41,211 nucleotides of DNA from Chiloscyllium plagiosum. Taxonomy: Eukaryota. Shown here one piece after another: positions 23,713 to 33,889 of this stretch; position 1 is the stretch's first letter; each line of letters begins with the position of its first letter. The notes beneath the pieces are model-generated. The model made no database searches, was not told the origin of the DNA, and saw only the letters and a program-made list of their open reading frames with translations. A program made the position numbers and the translations under genes. The stretch lies in contig NW_025214291.1 in the NCBI RefSeq assembly GCF_004010195.1, positions 1-41,211 of the forward strand, given 5' to 3'.

Positions 23713-23829
23713 TGAGATAGAGGACTGAGGTGGCCTTGGACAGATGGGGCCATCCGACAGAGAGGTTAAACGTTGAAAATGTTAAACTGTCAGCTTGGCA
23801 CATTGAGCTCAGAAAGCAATTAAGGATGT

Positions 23830-24310
23830 TGATCAGCTTTTAGTGGGAGCCTGTTTGGATGCCATTCATTTAGATTGTGGCTGGTTGATGCCCCCGTTCC
23901 ATTGATCCAGCGTTGTGATATCATCCTGACGCTCTCACCAAATATAACTCAGCACCCTTTCTCGCAAAAGCTCCAAGCATCCACACCCCTTTTTGAGGGA
24001 GACGGTTCCAAATTTTCACCACTCCTGTGTGATTCCCCCTCCTGATCGGTTTCATTTGAGTTTTATCCTGCTTTCATCCCTGCACTCCTCCTCCAGAGGG
24101 TATCATTCCTCTCCATCTATCCTCCCAAAATCCTTTAAGCAACTTGTACATTTCGATTGGAGCAGCCCTCAATTTGCTTTATGCAAGTCGGTGTGACATA
24201 AGTTTATTGAACCTAGCTTCATAATGTAGCCCTGGTGAATCAGTCCAAGACCCTCTTCTTCCAAGGCGTCCCTGATATCCAGTGCCCAGAACTGAACCCA
24301 CAGCTCTAGA
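23830..24310 (-). mobile_element. Degraded CR1 3' remnant
   Basis: TTCCAAATTTTCACCACTC, CCAGTGCCCAGAACTGAACCCACAGCTCTAG (rc of LE..VQFW-type motif). Confidence 0.5.
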
Positions 24311-24649
24311 AACATGGTATCTGGGACTTCAGGATTTCTCCTGGTGCCTTGTGTGCTACATCCAATAAACCTCTGGGTGTGTAAAGGGTGTTTTAACTTC
24401 AGAGTCTCTGTGCATAGTATGCGAGGAGATCATGTAGTACGTGGTGTCTTCAGAGCCTTTTCTAGTAAACAAACATCAATATGCAAGTAAGATCTGTATT
24501 ATCCACCAATTTTGCATCCTTAACCAACGATTAGATTTGCTACTGTATATGGCACCTTCCTGTGCACTAACTGGTTGCCATGTGAACCAGCACAACACTT
24601 TGGAATGAGCTAAGGAGAAGCACTTTACCTCATATTTTTATATCAACAG

Positions 24650-24813
24650 GTGAGAGTGGGGCCACTGGATCAATTGCTGGCTGTCTCTACGGCCTCCTTT
24701 ATGGAATGGCAAACATCCCCAAAGGCTTATACAAGAATTTGGAGTTCAGGGAGAGACTGGAGGGGCTTGCAGAAGAACTGTACAAAGCAGCAAATGTCAG
24801 CAAAACCCCTTGA
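24650..24813 (+). CDS. ADPRHL1: ADPRHL1-like, terminal coding exon 7
   Basis: CAG| acceptor, phase 1; encodes (G)ESGATGSIAGCLYGLLYGMANIPKGLYKNLEFRERLEGLAEELYKAANVSKTP*, TGA 24811-24813. Confidence 0.92.
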
Positions 24814-24891
24814 GAGGTACAAGGGGGCAAAACCAGGTCACAACATTTCAGATTTCCTGTCATCTGTAAAGTTACTGAATGAACCACGAAT

Positions 24892-24897
24892 AATAAA
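24892..24897 (+). terminator. Candidate poly(A) signal of the ADPRHL1-like gene (alternative at 25686-25691)
   Basis: First AATAAA ~80 bp after the stop codon. Confidence 0.4.
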
Positions 24898-24924
24898 TGG
24901 ATACCGCGACAGATGTAAAAGATA

Positions 24925-25410
24925 ACTCACAGTGAGCACAGCTCTGTGACTTGATGATAAAATCTCTCCCTATAGCTCAAATCCTCCAACCCTGGCAACA
25001 TCCTTATAAATCTTTTCTGAACCCTTTCAAGTTTCACAATATCTTTCCGATAGGAAGGAGACCAGAATTGCACACAATATTCCAACAGTGGCTGAAACAA
25101 TGTCCCGTACCACACCCATTCACCTATTGTACTCTTTGCTACCTTCTCCCAAGCCCCACCCCACCCCATTTATCTCTTCACCCTGGAGGATTCCCGCTTC
25201 TATTCCTGATGAGGTGCTTTTTCCCGAAACGTCGATTTTCCCACTCCTTGGATGCTGCCTGACCTGCTGTGCTTTTCCAGGATTGTCCTGTACAGCTGCA
25301 ACATGATCTCCCAACTCCTGTACTCAATACTCTGACCAATAAAGGAAAGCATACCATTTCCTGCTCCTCGGATGCTGCCTGACCTGCTGTGCTTTTCCAG
25401 CACCACTCCA
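24925..25410. mobile_element. Interleaved CR1 (-) fragments and duplicated Penelope-like termini (+)
   Basis: CR1 LEYCVQFWSPSYRKD at 24960-25100 and 25281-25356; GGATGCTGCCTGACCTGCTGTGCTTTTCCAG at 25250-25280 and 25370-25400. Confidence 0.7.
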
Positions 25411-26436
25411 ATAAAATTACATACTTCATCATATATTTTGAACACAAATCGCCTCAGGGTCTCCCTTGCTTGGACCCAGATGTTCAGCGTTTTTGGTTTT
25501 GTTTCTAATTGGAATTTCAGATGAACCGCAATTGATATCACACTAAGATTTGAGGGAAACACCAAGCAAATTTCACGCTACAATATTTCCAAAATGCCTT
25601 AGTACGTATAGTGTATTATCTAATATATATTAATGTATCCTTCTGTCATGTCCACCTTCTAATACTATGAAAGTGTATACTTTAAAATAAATGTAGGTGG
25701 ATTTTGACAGTGTACGTGTCATGTGTAATTTCCTGTATTAAGCATCGAAGTACGTTGTAGGATGGTGAGTTATAATCCCAGCTCCTCCATTGGTGCTCCC
25801 CATCATACCTCCACCATACTGCATATACCTACTGAATGGCAACATGTAATATTCATGTTTAAAACAAAAAAGGGCTTTAACCACAGGGCCTCCTGAACTG
25901 TGGGTTGCAAACTGTTGGGGGCAAATATTCAAGGCAGCAATGGGTGCCAAAAGCTGAGTGAGCCCCTTCAAATCTGAATTTGTTCTGTAAACTGGGCCTA
26001 GCCTTGAGGCTTGGTTCTGTGATGAAAGATCCTGTGTGAATGAGTAGGTGCTCTCTAACGTTTAAAAAAAAATCTGCCAATGGAACAGATCATTCTTTCT
26101 GCTGACCCCTGCTGTCACCCCCCCCCGCCCCTCACCAGAGTCATGGCTACTCTCAAACACCAACATAGGGTCACAGTGGGGACAAGGTTTGGAAAACAGC
26201 GAGGACAGTTTCCATAAACTTGGCTTTGCATTACCTTTAGTTTAGAAAACTGCAAGTTGATGTAACTGGATGGGCTTAGAACACCAGAGAATGATGAGGG
26301 AGGGGACAGGGAAGTCCAGAAGAAAAAAAGCCAGCAACAAAACAAGGGTTCGGTGGTTCAGGGATGATGGCGAGAGGCACTTTGTCAAAGAGCAATGGAA
26401 ATCTGGAACTTTCTCCATCACCCTACAGCAGCAGCA

Positions 26437-26461
26437 ACCCCCGCCCCCCCCCCCCCCCCCC
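26437..26461. repeat. Poly-C tract
   Basis: CCCCCGCCCCCCCCCCCCCCCCCCC. Confidence 0.9.
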
Positions 26462-26500
26462 GCACCGGATAGGCAAGATACTGACTAAGCATTATTTAAG

Positions 26501-26835
26501 GGGAGGCAATGGCTTTGTGGTATTATTGCTAGACTATTAATCGAGATACCCAGGCATTGTCCTGGGAACCTGGGTTCAAACTTTGCTATGGCAGATGGTG
26601 GAATGTGAATTCAATAAAAATCTGAAATTAAGAGTCAAATGTTGACCATTAGACCCTTTGTCAATTGTCAGAAAAATCCATCTTGTTCACCAATATCCTT
26701 TAGAGAAGGAAACTGTTGTTCTTACCTAGTCTGGCCCATGTGTGACTCCAGACCCACAGCAATGTGGATGATTCTCAAATACCCTGAGGGCAATTAGGGA
26801 TAGGCAATAAATTCTGACCTAATTTGAATGAATTT
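26501..26835 (+). mobile_element. Second tRNA-derived SINE family, near full length
   Basis: A-box-like TGGCTTTGTGG, B-box-like GGTTCAAAC, tail GGCAATAAAT...GAATGAAT; homologous to 3625-4110 and 40315-40530. Confidence 0.72.
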
Positions 26836-27004
26836 TTAAAAAAGTGTTACAGGCCCAAGAATGCACATTGCTAATAGTGACTGAAACTGGTTTACTCTGG
26901 TGTGGCAATGTACTGGTTGTGGGGAGAACTTCACCTTATGTAGATATTTAGGTTTAGCAACACAGTTCAACCTCCACTCCATCCACCATGACCATGGTTA
27001 CAGT

Positions 27005-27280
27005 ATGCTGTCTCCCTCTAACCTCCATCAGCTGACGGTTAAAGGCAGCAGGCATATGGGCACACTATTACCCTCAAGTTGTCCTCCCAAGTGGCATCCT
27101 TTGCCGAGACGGATGTGTGTCAGCCATTTCTTCAATGTCTTCAAGCTCCCGCCCTGTGCAGGTACTGTGGCTGTCCCTACACCAAATGAACTGCAGCAAA
27201 CTTAAAGAGAAGGCACCACACCATTCGAATGGGAATGTTATGATGGGGCTTTGCCAGTGATGCTCATATCTTGAGAATGC
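27005..27280 (+). mobile_element. Degraded 3' end of the unclassified LINE
   Basis: Similar to reverse complement of 19853-20425. Confidence 0.45.
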
Positions 27281-27364
27281 ATATTAGAAGCACAGTATTA
27301 GCATTTCAAGCAGCAGGTTTTACAGCACTCCCTATTCCTTAACTAAACAGCAGTAAACATGACT

Positions 27365-28668
27365 CAGAAGGAAGTATTCATTTTTTATTCAAACTTATAG
27401 ATTCCTTGCAAGATGTCATTTTATATCATACATTTTAAATAGGAAAATAATCCAAACTGTGTAGCATATAAAATTCCGTACATATTTGTAATCCTTACAT
27501 ATACTATTAAAATAATACTGAATAAATATTGAACATATATGCATGTAGAGAGATAGCTGATAAACTGACTGATCCATTAACAGCAGCCACACTAAGCTGA
27601 TTATGATATAGGTGGGTTCTTATGTCACAAACCTTTGGCAATTTTACATGTTTTGCCTGAAAAGTGCGCTTTCCACATTCAGACTTTGATTGCTGTGTGT
27701 TTAAATCTCCTGAATTTACCAAACGTCTGAGCTCTCTGCTGTGTAACTGACTTTAGTGCTTGTAACAGCTTCTTCCCCTGATAGACTTGCCTTTTTCAGA
27801 GGAATCCATCTCAATGTACTTGCACCAGTATTTTCAGGCCAAGAGAAAGATCAGCACTGGCCAGAGGTCACAGTGTCACTGCTGGTGGGCAATCCAAAGG
27901 ATTACTTTCATCATCTGACTCTAATGAGCACCGCGAGCCATTTGTCATTTTTAAAAGAAATCATTATTGGGGAAACAAAGTCTGTGCTTACTGTGTGCAC
28001 ACACCATCTCGCAATGCAGTTCTAACTGCATTGTTCTTGGTCATGTTATATCCTGGCAATTTCACTTGAAGGGCCGATGTACTGTTGACAGGAACCCAGT
28101 TTACTCAGGGGCCTGGAGTCTGATTGGAGATTACAAGAGGAAAGGCTGACCTTGCAAGCGGAGGTTATAAATCGAAATATATAAACACGATCTTATTCTG
28201 TATAACGTAGACCAGCTAACCATTTTAATACTGTATCAAAAATACAAGAATGTCCTTTGAATACTGTTGAGCCACTTTAAAGCTGGATCATCATCTTTTG
28301 GGTCTTGTGAAGGGCACTCAAGAGCCCAGGGGAGATTACTCAGAAGGCATGCTCACACACCTGGGCACCAAAACACACACCTGAGGCACAAATACTTGGC
28401 ACTGAGACAGATATCTGGGCACATATACCTGGCACATACATACACTTGCCAACAGCTGCACTGGATCTGCTACCAGCAGAAACTCTCAGCAATGTCAGTA
28501 AAATAATTTGTTAGTTTAATGATTAAAACTGTATAATTGTCAAAACCTTCAAGATAACATAAAGCCATGGCAGTGGTTTGGAGGGTGATTCTCATTTCAT
28601 ATACATATATATAAATATATATATAAACTTTGCATGCTAAATGAGGTTACAGTGATATGAAGTTCTCC
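27365..28668 (-). other. PHLDB2: Probable 3'UTR of the PHLDB2-like gene
   Basis: Between stop codon and AATAAA; AT-rich, with (TA)n run at ~28600-28625. Confidence 0.55.
27384..27389 (-). terminator. Candidate poly(A) signal of the PHLDB2-like gene
   Basis: AATAAA on - strand at the end of a ~1.3-kb AT-rich stretch after the stop codon with no recognisable interspersed repeats. Confidence 0.55.
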
Positions 28669-28842
<174 letters not shown>

Positions 28843-29098
28843 CTAAGAGGCTTATCAGCCTGCAACGTTTCCACATTACACAGAATCTATACTGAGGTGA
28901 TATTCCAACGGAATCTCTCTATTCCCGTCCTCAAAAGGACAGCCTGTCACTCTGACATTCACTGTCCTGTCAGCACATTCCAGAACCCAAGCAATTATCC
29001 GACCCTGCCCTTGTTATTATTCTGTTGCTTGGTTTTCTGGCAGTGCTTCACAGGGAGAGCTTTAAATAATAGTTTTTGAAGATATATATCAACTGTCC

Positions 29099-30567
29099 AG
29101 ACAGGAGGTCAGGGCAGGGTCATGACCCACACCCCCACCGAGACAGGAGGTCAGGGCAGAGTCATGACCCACACTCCCACTGAGACAGGAGGTCAGGGCA
29201 GGGTCATGACCCACACCCACACCAAGACAGGAGGTCAGGGCAGGGTCATGACCCACACCCCCACCTAGACAGGAGGTCAGGGCAGGGTCATGACCCACAC
29301 CCCCACCGAGACAGGAGGTCAGGGCAGGGTCATGACCCACACCGAGACAGGAGGTCAGGGCAGGGTCATGACCCACACCCCCACCTAGACAGGAGGTCAG
29401 GGCAGGGTCATGATCCACACCCCCAACGAGACAGGAGGTCAGGGCAGGGTCATGACCCACACCCCCACTGAGACAGGAGGTCAGGGCAGTGTCATGACCC
29501 ACACTCCCACCGAGACAGGAGGTCAGGGCAGGGTCATGGCCCACACCCCCACCTAGACAGGAGGTCAGGGCAGGGTCATGATCCACACTCCCAACGAGAC
29601 AGGAGGTCAGGGCAGGGTCATGACCCACACTCCCACTGAGACAGGAGGTCAGGGCAGGGTCATGACCCACACCCCCACTGAGACAGGAGGTCAGGGCAGG
29701 GTCATGGCCCACACCCCCACCGAGACAGGAGGTCAGGGCAGGGTAATGACCCACACCCCCACCGAGACAGGAGGTCAGGGCAGGGTCATGACCCACACTT
29801 CCTCCGAGACAGGAGGTCAGGGCAGGGTCATGACCCCCACCCCCACCGAGACAGGAGGTCAGGGCAAGGTCATGACCCACACCCCCACCTAGACAGGAGG
29901 TCAGGGCAGGGTCATGACCCACACTCCCACCTAGACAGGCAGTCAGGCAGGGTCATGACCCACACCCCCACCTAGACAGGAGGTCAGGGCAAGGTTATGA
30001 CCCACACTCCCACCTAGACAGAAGTTCGGGGCAGGGTCATGACCCACTCTCCCACCTAGACAGGAGGTCAGAGCAGAGTCATGACCCACACTCCCAACTA
30101 GACAGAAGTTCAGGGCAGGGTCATGACCCACACCCCCACCTAAACAGGAGGTCAGGGCAGGGTCATGACCCACACCCCCTCCTCGACAGGAGGTCAGGAC
30201 AGGGTCATGACCCACACTCCCACCTAGACAGGAGGTCAGGGCAGGGTCATGACCCACACTCCCACCTAGAAGGAGGTCAGGGCAGGGTCATGACCCACAT
30301 TCCCACTGAGACAGGAGGTCAGGGCAGGGTCATGACCCACACCCCCACCTAGAAGGAGGTCAGGGCAGGGTCATGACCCACACCCCCACCTAGACAGGCG
30401 GTCAGGGCAGGGTCATGACCCACACTCCCACCTAGACAGGAGGTCAGGGCAAGGTTATGACCCACACTCCCACCTAGACAGAAGTTCAGGGCAGGGTCAT
30501 GACCCACACCTCCACCGAGACAGAAGTTCGGGGCAGGGTCATGATCCATACTTTCACCTCGACAGGA
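29099..30567. repeat. 42-bp-unit minisatellite, ~35 copies, in the last intron of the PHLDB2-like gene
   Basis: Consensus AGACAGGAGGTCAGGGCAGGGTCATGACCCACAC(C/T)CCCAC(CG/CT/TG); head-to-tail, no spacers. Confidence 0.97.
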
Positions 30568-30854
30568 ACTTAGTACGAAGGGAATCAACAGTGCATGTTC
30601 TGCACCCTCATCACCCACCCGCAGGCCTCAAGCTCACTGAATACACTGGGAGCAACTGAAAAAGAAAGCCACCCGTTTTACTTCCAGAATGTGTGTCTCA
30701 TTCGCTTCCTCCTTTAATAGTAACAACAGACTGGCCTTGGACGAGGTTACCATGACAGTGTTGTAGACCCCAGTAACACCCAGTCCCCCAGAGTACATGT
30801 ACTTCACCAATGTGTCTACTGAAGAAACATCTGCAGTAATAATGAATGCGAACT

Positions 30855-31445
30855 GGATGCTGGCCCAGGGAACTGAGTATAAAGGGAGGAAGGTTTCGCT
30901 ACAACTAAACCAGACCCTAGTCAAACCACAGCTGGAAAACTGTCAACAATTTTGTGTTGCGGATCTGAGGGAAGATATTGGCGGCAGTCCTGTGAAGGTT
31001 CATTTGGGCTGATACAGGTATGGAATGATTATATTACAAGGAGAGGTTGAATATGTTTGGCCTGTACTCATTGGTGTTTAAAAGAATGAGAGGCAACCTT
31101 ATTAAACCTAAAAGATTCTTATGCAACTTGTCCAGGTAGATGTAGGTAGGACTGTCTCGGACCAGAGGACATAATCTCACCATGGGGAGTCATACATTTA
31201 AGACAGAGATGAGAAGGAATTTCTTCTTTCAGAGGGTAGTAAATCTGTGGAATTCTTTACCACAAAGGGCCGTATAGGCTGGGTCAGTAAGTATATTCAA
31301 GGCTGAGACAGACAGATGTTTACTCAGAAAGAGAATCAAAAGTTATGGGGTAAGGCAAGGAAGTGGAGTTGAGGACTCATGATCTCACTGAGTGGCAAAG
31401 CAGACTTGACGGGCTGAATGGCCTACTTCTGTCCCTCCATCTTAC
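30855..31445 (+). mobile_element. Degraded CR1 3' fragment
   Basis: TEYKGRKVSLQLNQTLVKPQLENCQQF; TTTAAGACAGAGATGAGAAGGAATTTCTTC; GGGCTGAATGGCCTACTTCTG. Confidence 0.8.
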
Positions 31446-31694
31446 ACAGGTTTACTCACGCTGCTCCTCTATCACGTCACAGTCAAAGCAGCTGCACTCT
31501 GACTTACTACTTACAGCAGCCTGCAGTCGGTACTCAGTACACTGTGTCACTCCCTTCCATTACAGGGCATTAAAAGGACCTTCAGCACATGAATTATCTT
31601 TATCTATAAATCAGGATGTGAGCTGCTGAGTGAGCAGAGTTATGAAGCCTGGAATAAAGAGAGGTTCGGCATGTTAATGTACAACGTTGAATCA

Positions 31695-31961
<267 letters not shown>

Positions 31962-32539
31962 TCAGGATTTACCTTCACAGAGAGCTCAAGGAGGTCAACC
32001 ATCTCTCATTGACAGCAGCGATCCCTGACACTTCTCCCTCACTCACTAACCCCCCCACCCCCACCCTCCCCTTCACATGCCCCCTCTCATTCTTAAATAT
32101 TGACACTCTCCAATAGTCCAACTCATTACAGTCTGCACCACAGCATTCCCAATCTCCACCTGATCCCATAAACATCACTCACCTGATTCCTCCCCAAAAA
32201 CCTCACTCAGAGCCCTCCAACCCCCGGCAACCTCACTCAGACCCAGGGGAAGGGTCCTTTTTGGCATTGGGGGCTGTTGCTGATGAGTAAAGGGAGTGGT
32301 GCCATTACAAACAGAAACACCAGCAAAAAGGGGAGCAGCTCCAGATCGAGGGGTGGCTGTGGGCCTGGATTGGGAAACACTGGCTTTTCCGGCTGGGTTT
32401 GGGTATCTCCACTCTCTTCCAGCTCCGGATAAGTGGGCAGGACCAGGATAGTGCGGCAGAATGGAGCTCCTGGAAGAACAGGGTGAGTGAGCTGGACAAT
32501 GGTGACATGTTCCTGGGAGACTCGGTGAAATGATTCAAA

Positions 32540-32775
32540 TGAAAGCAAAATACTGTGGATGCTGCAGATTTAAAATAACAACAAAGGGCTGGAGAAACTC
32601 AGCAGGTCTGACAGCGTCTGTGAACAAAGAAACAAAATGAGCGTTTCAAGCCTGAAATGCTTCATCTTCAGAACGCAGTTCTGAAAAATCGACATTTCCA
32701 ACTGGAAGTGTTAACTCTGTCTCTCCCTCCACAGATGCAGCCGACCTACTGACTTTCTCCTGCTCTTTCTGATGA
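32540..32775. mobile_element. Inverted pair of decayed Penelope-like termini (fold-back)
   Basis: GGAGAAACTCAGCAGGTCTGACAGCGTCTGTG (32591-) is complementary to CACAGATGCAGCCGACCTACTGACTTTCTCC (-32760); centre TTCAGAAC-GCA-GTTCTGAA. Confidence 0.6.
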
Positions 32776-33207
32776 TATTAAAGGTCATTCCCACGCTGGG
32801 GCTAGTGATGTGATCATAGGAGCTGCTGGATTGCTATACAAGCCCCACAGGGATGTGGGCTCATCCTACACAATGTGGTTGAGCCCAGCTCTGGGCAACT
32901 CACCCAGGACCAAGATCAAGAGCAATTGAGATGAAGATTTTCAGCAGGATGGTACCAGTGATGTGGAGCGATGAGGACGAGGAACTGGGCTGTATATCTG
33001 ACTACAACCTTCTCTGCTTTGAGGAGGACACAATATGTGCCCAAAATCTTGCTTAATTCGGATCAAGTACAGAGGTGAAACTGCTTCCAGTGGCAAGTAG
33101 GATCGATGAGCAGAAGGCACAGATTTAAAGGGACCTGCAAAATTGCAGAAGGTGACATGTGGGAATATTTCCTCTAAGCCTCATAAGTGAGGGAATGAAT
33201 GGCCTCA

Positions 33208-33495
<288 letters not shown>

Positions 33496-33889
33496 TCAAC
33501 CCTCATTACATCTACACTCATCCACTGCGGCTTTTGTTTTGCACCTTTGCTGGAAGAGAATATTCCCAAAAGGCTTTCTGCAGGAGCAAAGTAGGAAGAT
33601 AACAGGTCAGATAACCTAAAGTTTGTGCAAAGAGGCAGAATTGTCTTAAAAGAGGGATAGAACCGGAAATAACTCTGTCCCTTAGGGCCCAGACAACTGA
33701 AGATGCAGTCACTAAAGGTGGAGGAATTAAAATCAGGGAAACACAACAGGCCAGAGTTCGAGAACATCAGATACCTCAGAGAGTTAATGCAGATGTTGCT
33801 GCCCCACCTCCGTTTTGTGCTGGGTGGTAGTGTGGTTTCTGGATGGATCACATTCTGTTGCTTGGATAAACTGGAAGTTCATCATGTGC

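Noticed and set aside
26270..26488. ORF with QQQQPPPPPPPP
   Set aside because: Produced by a CAG run plus poly-C tract; no exon structure or homology
28350..28450. Short ACACCTGGGCAC-like repeats in the PHLDB2 3'UTR
   Set aside because: Few, degenerate copies; no function supportable from sequence alone
29089..29922. 277-aa ORF (and 104-aa and 89-aa neighbours) as protein-coding genes
   Set aside because: Openness follows from a stop-free 42-bp unit; frames break in the right third; no recognisable protein family
29099..30567. CRISPR-like array (regular repeats with an internal palindrome)
   Set aside because: Units are head-to-tail with no unique spacers, there are no cas genes, and the context is a vertebrate intron
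32945..33030. Acidic motif MWSDEDEELG suggestive of an Arp2/3-binding tail exon
   Set aside because: Very short, no supporting upstream exons or further homology, antisense within a PHLDB2 intron
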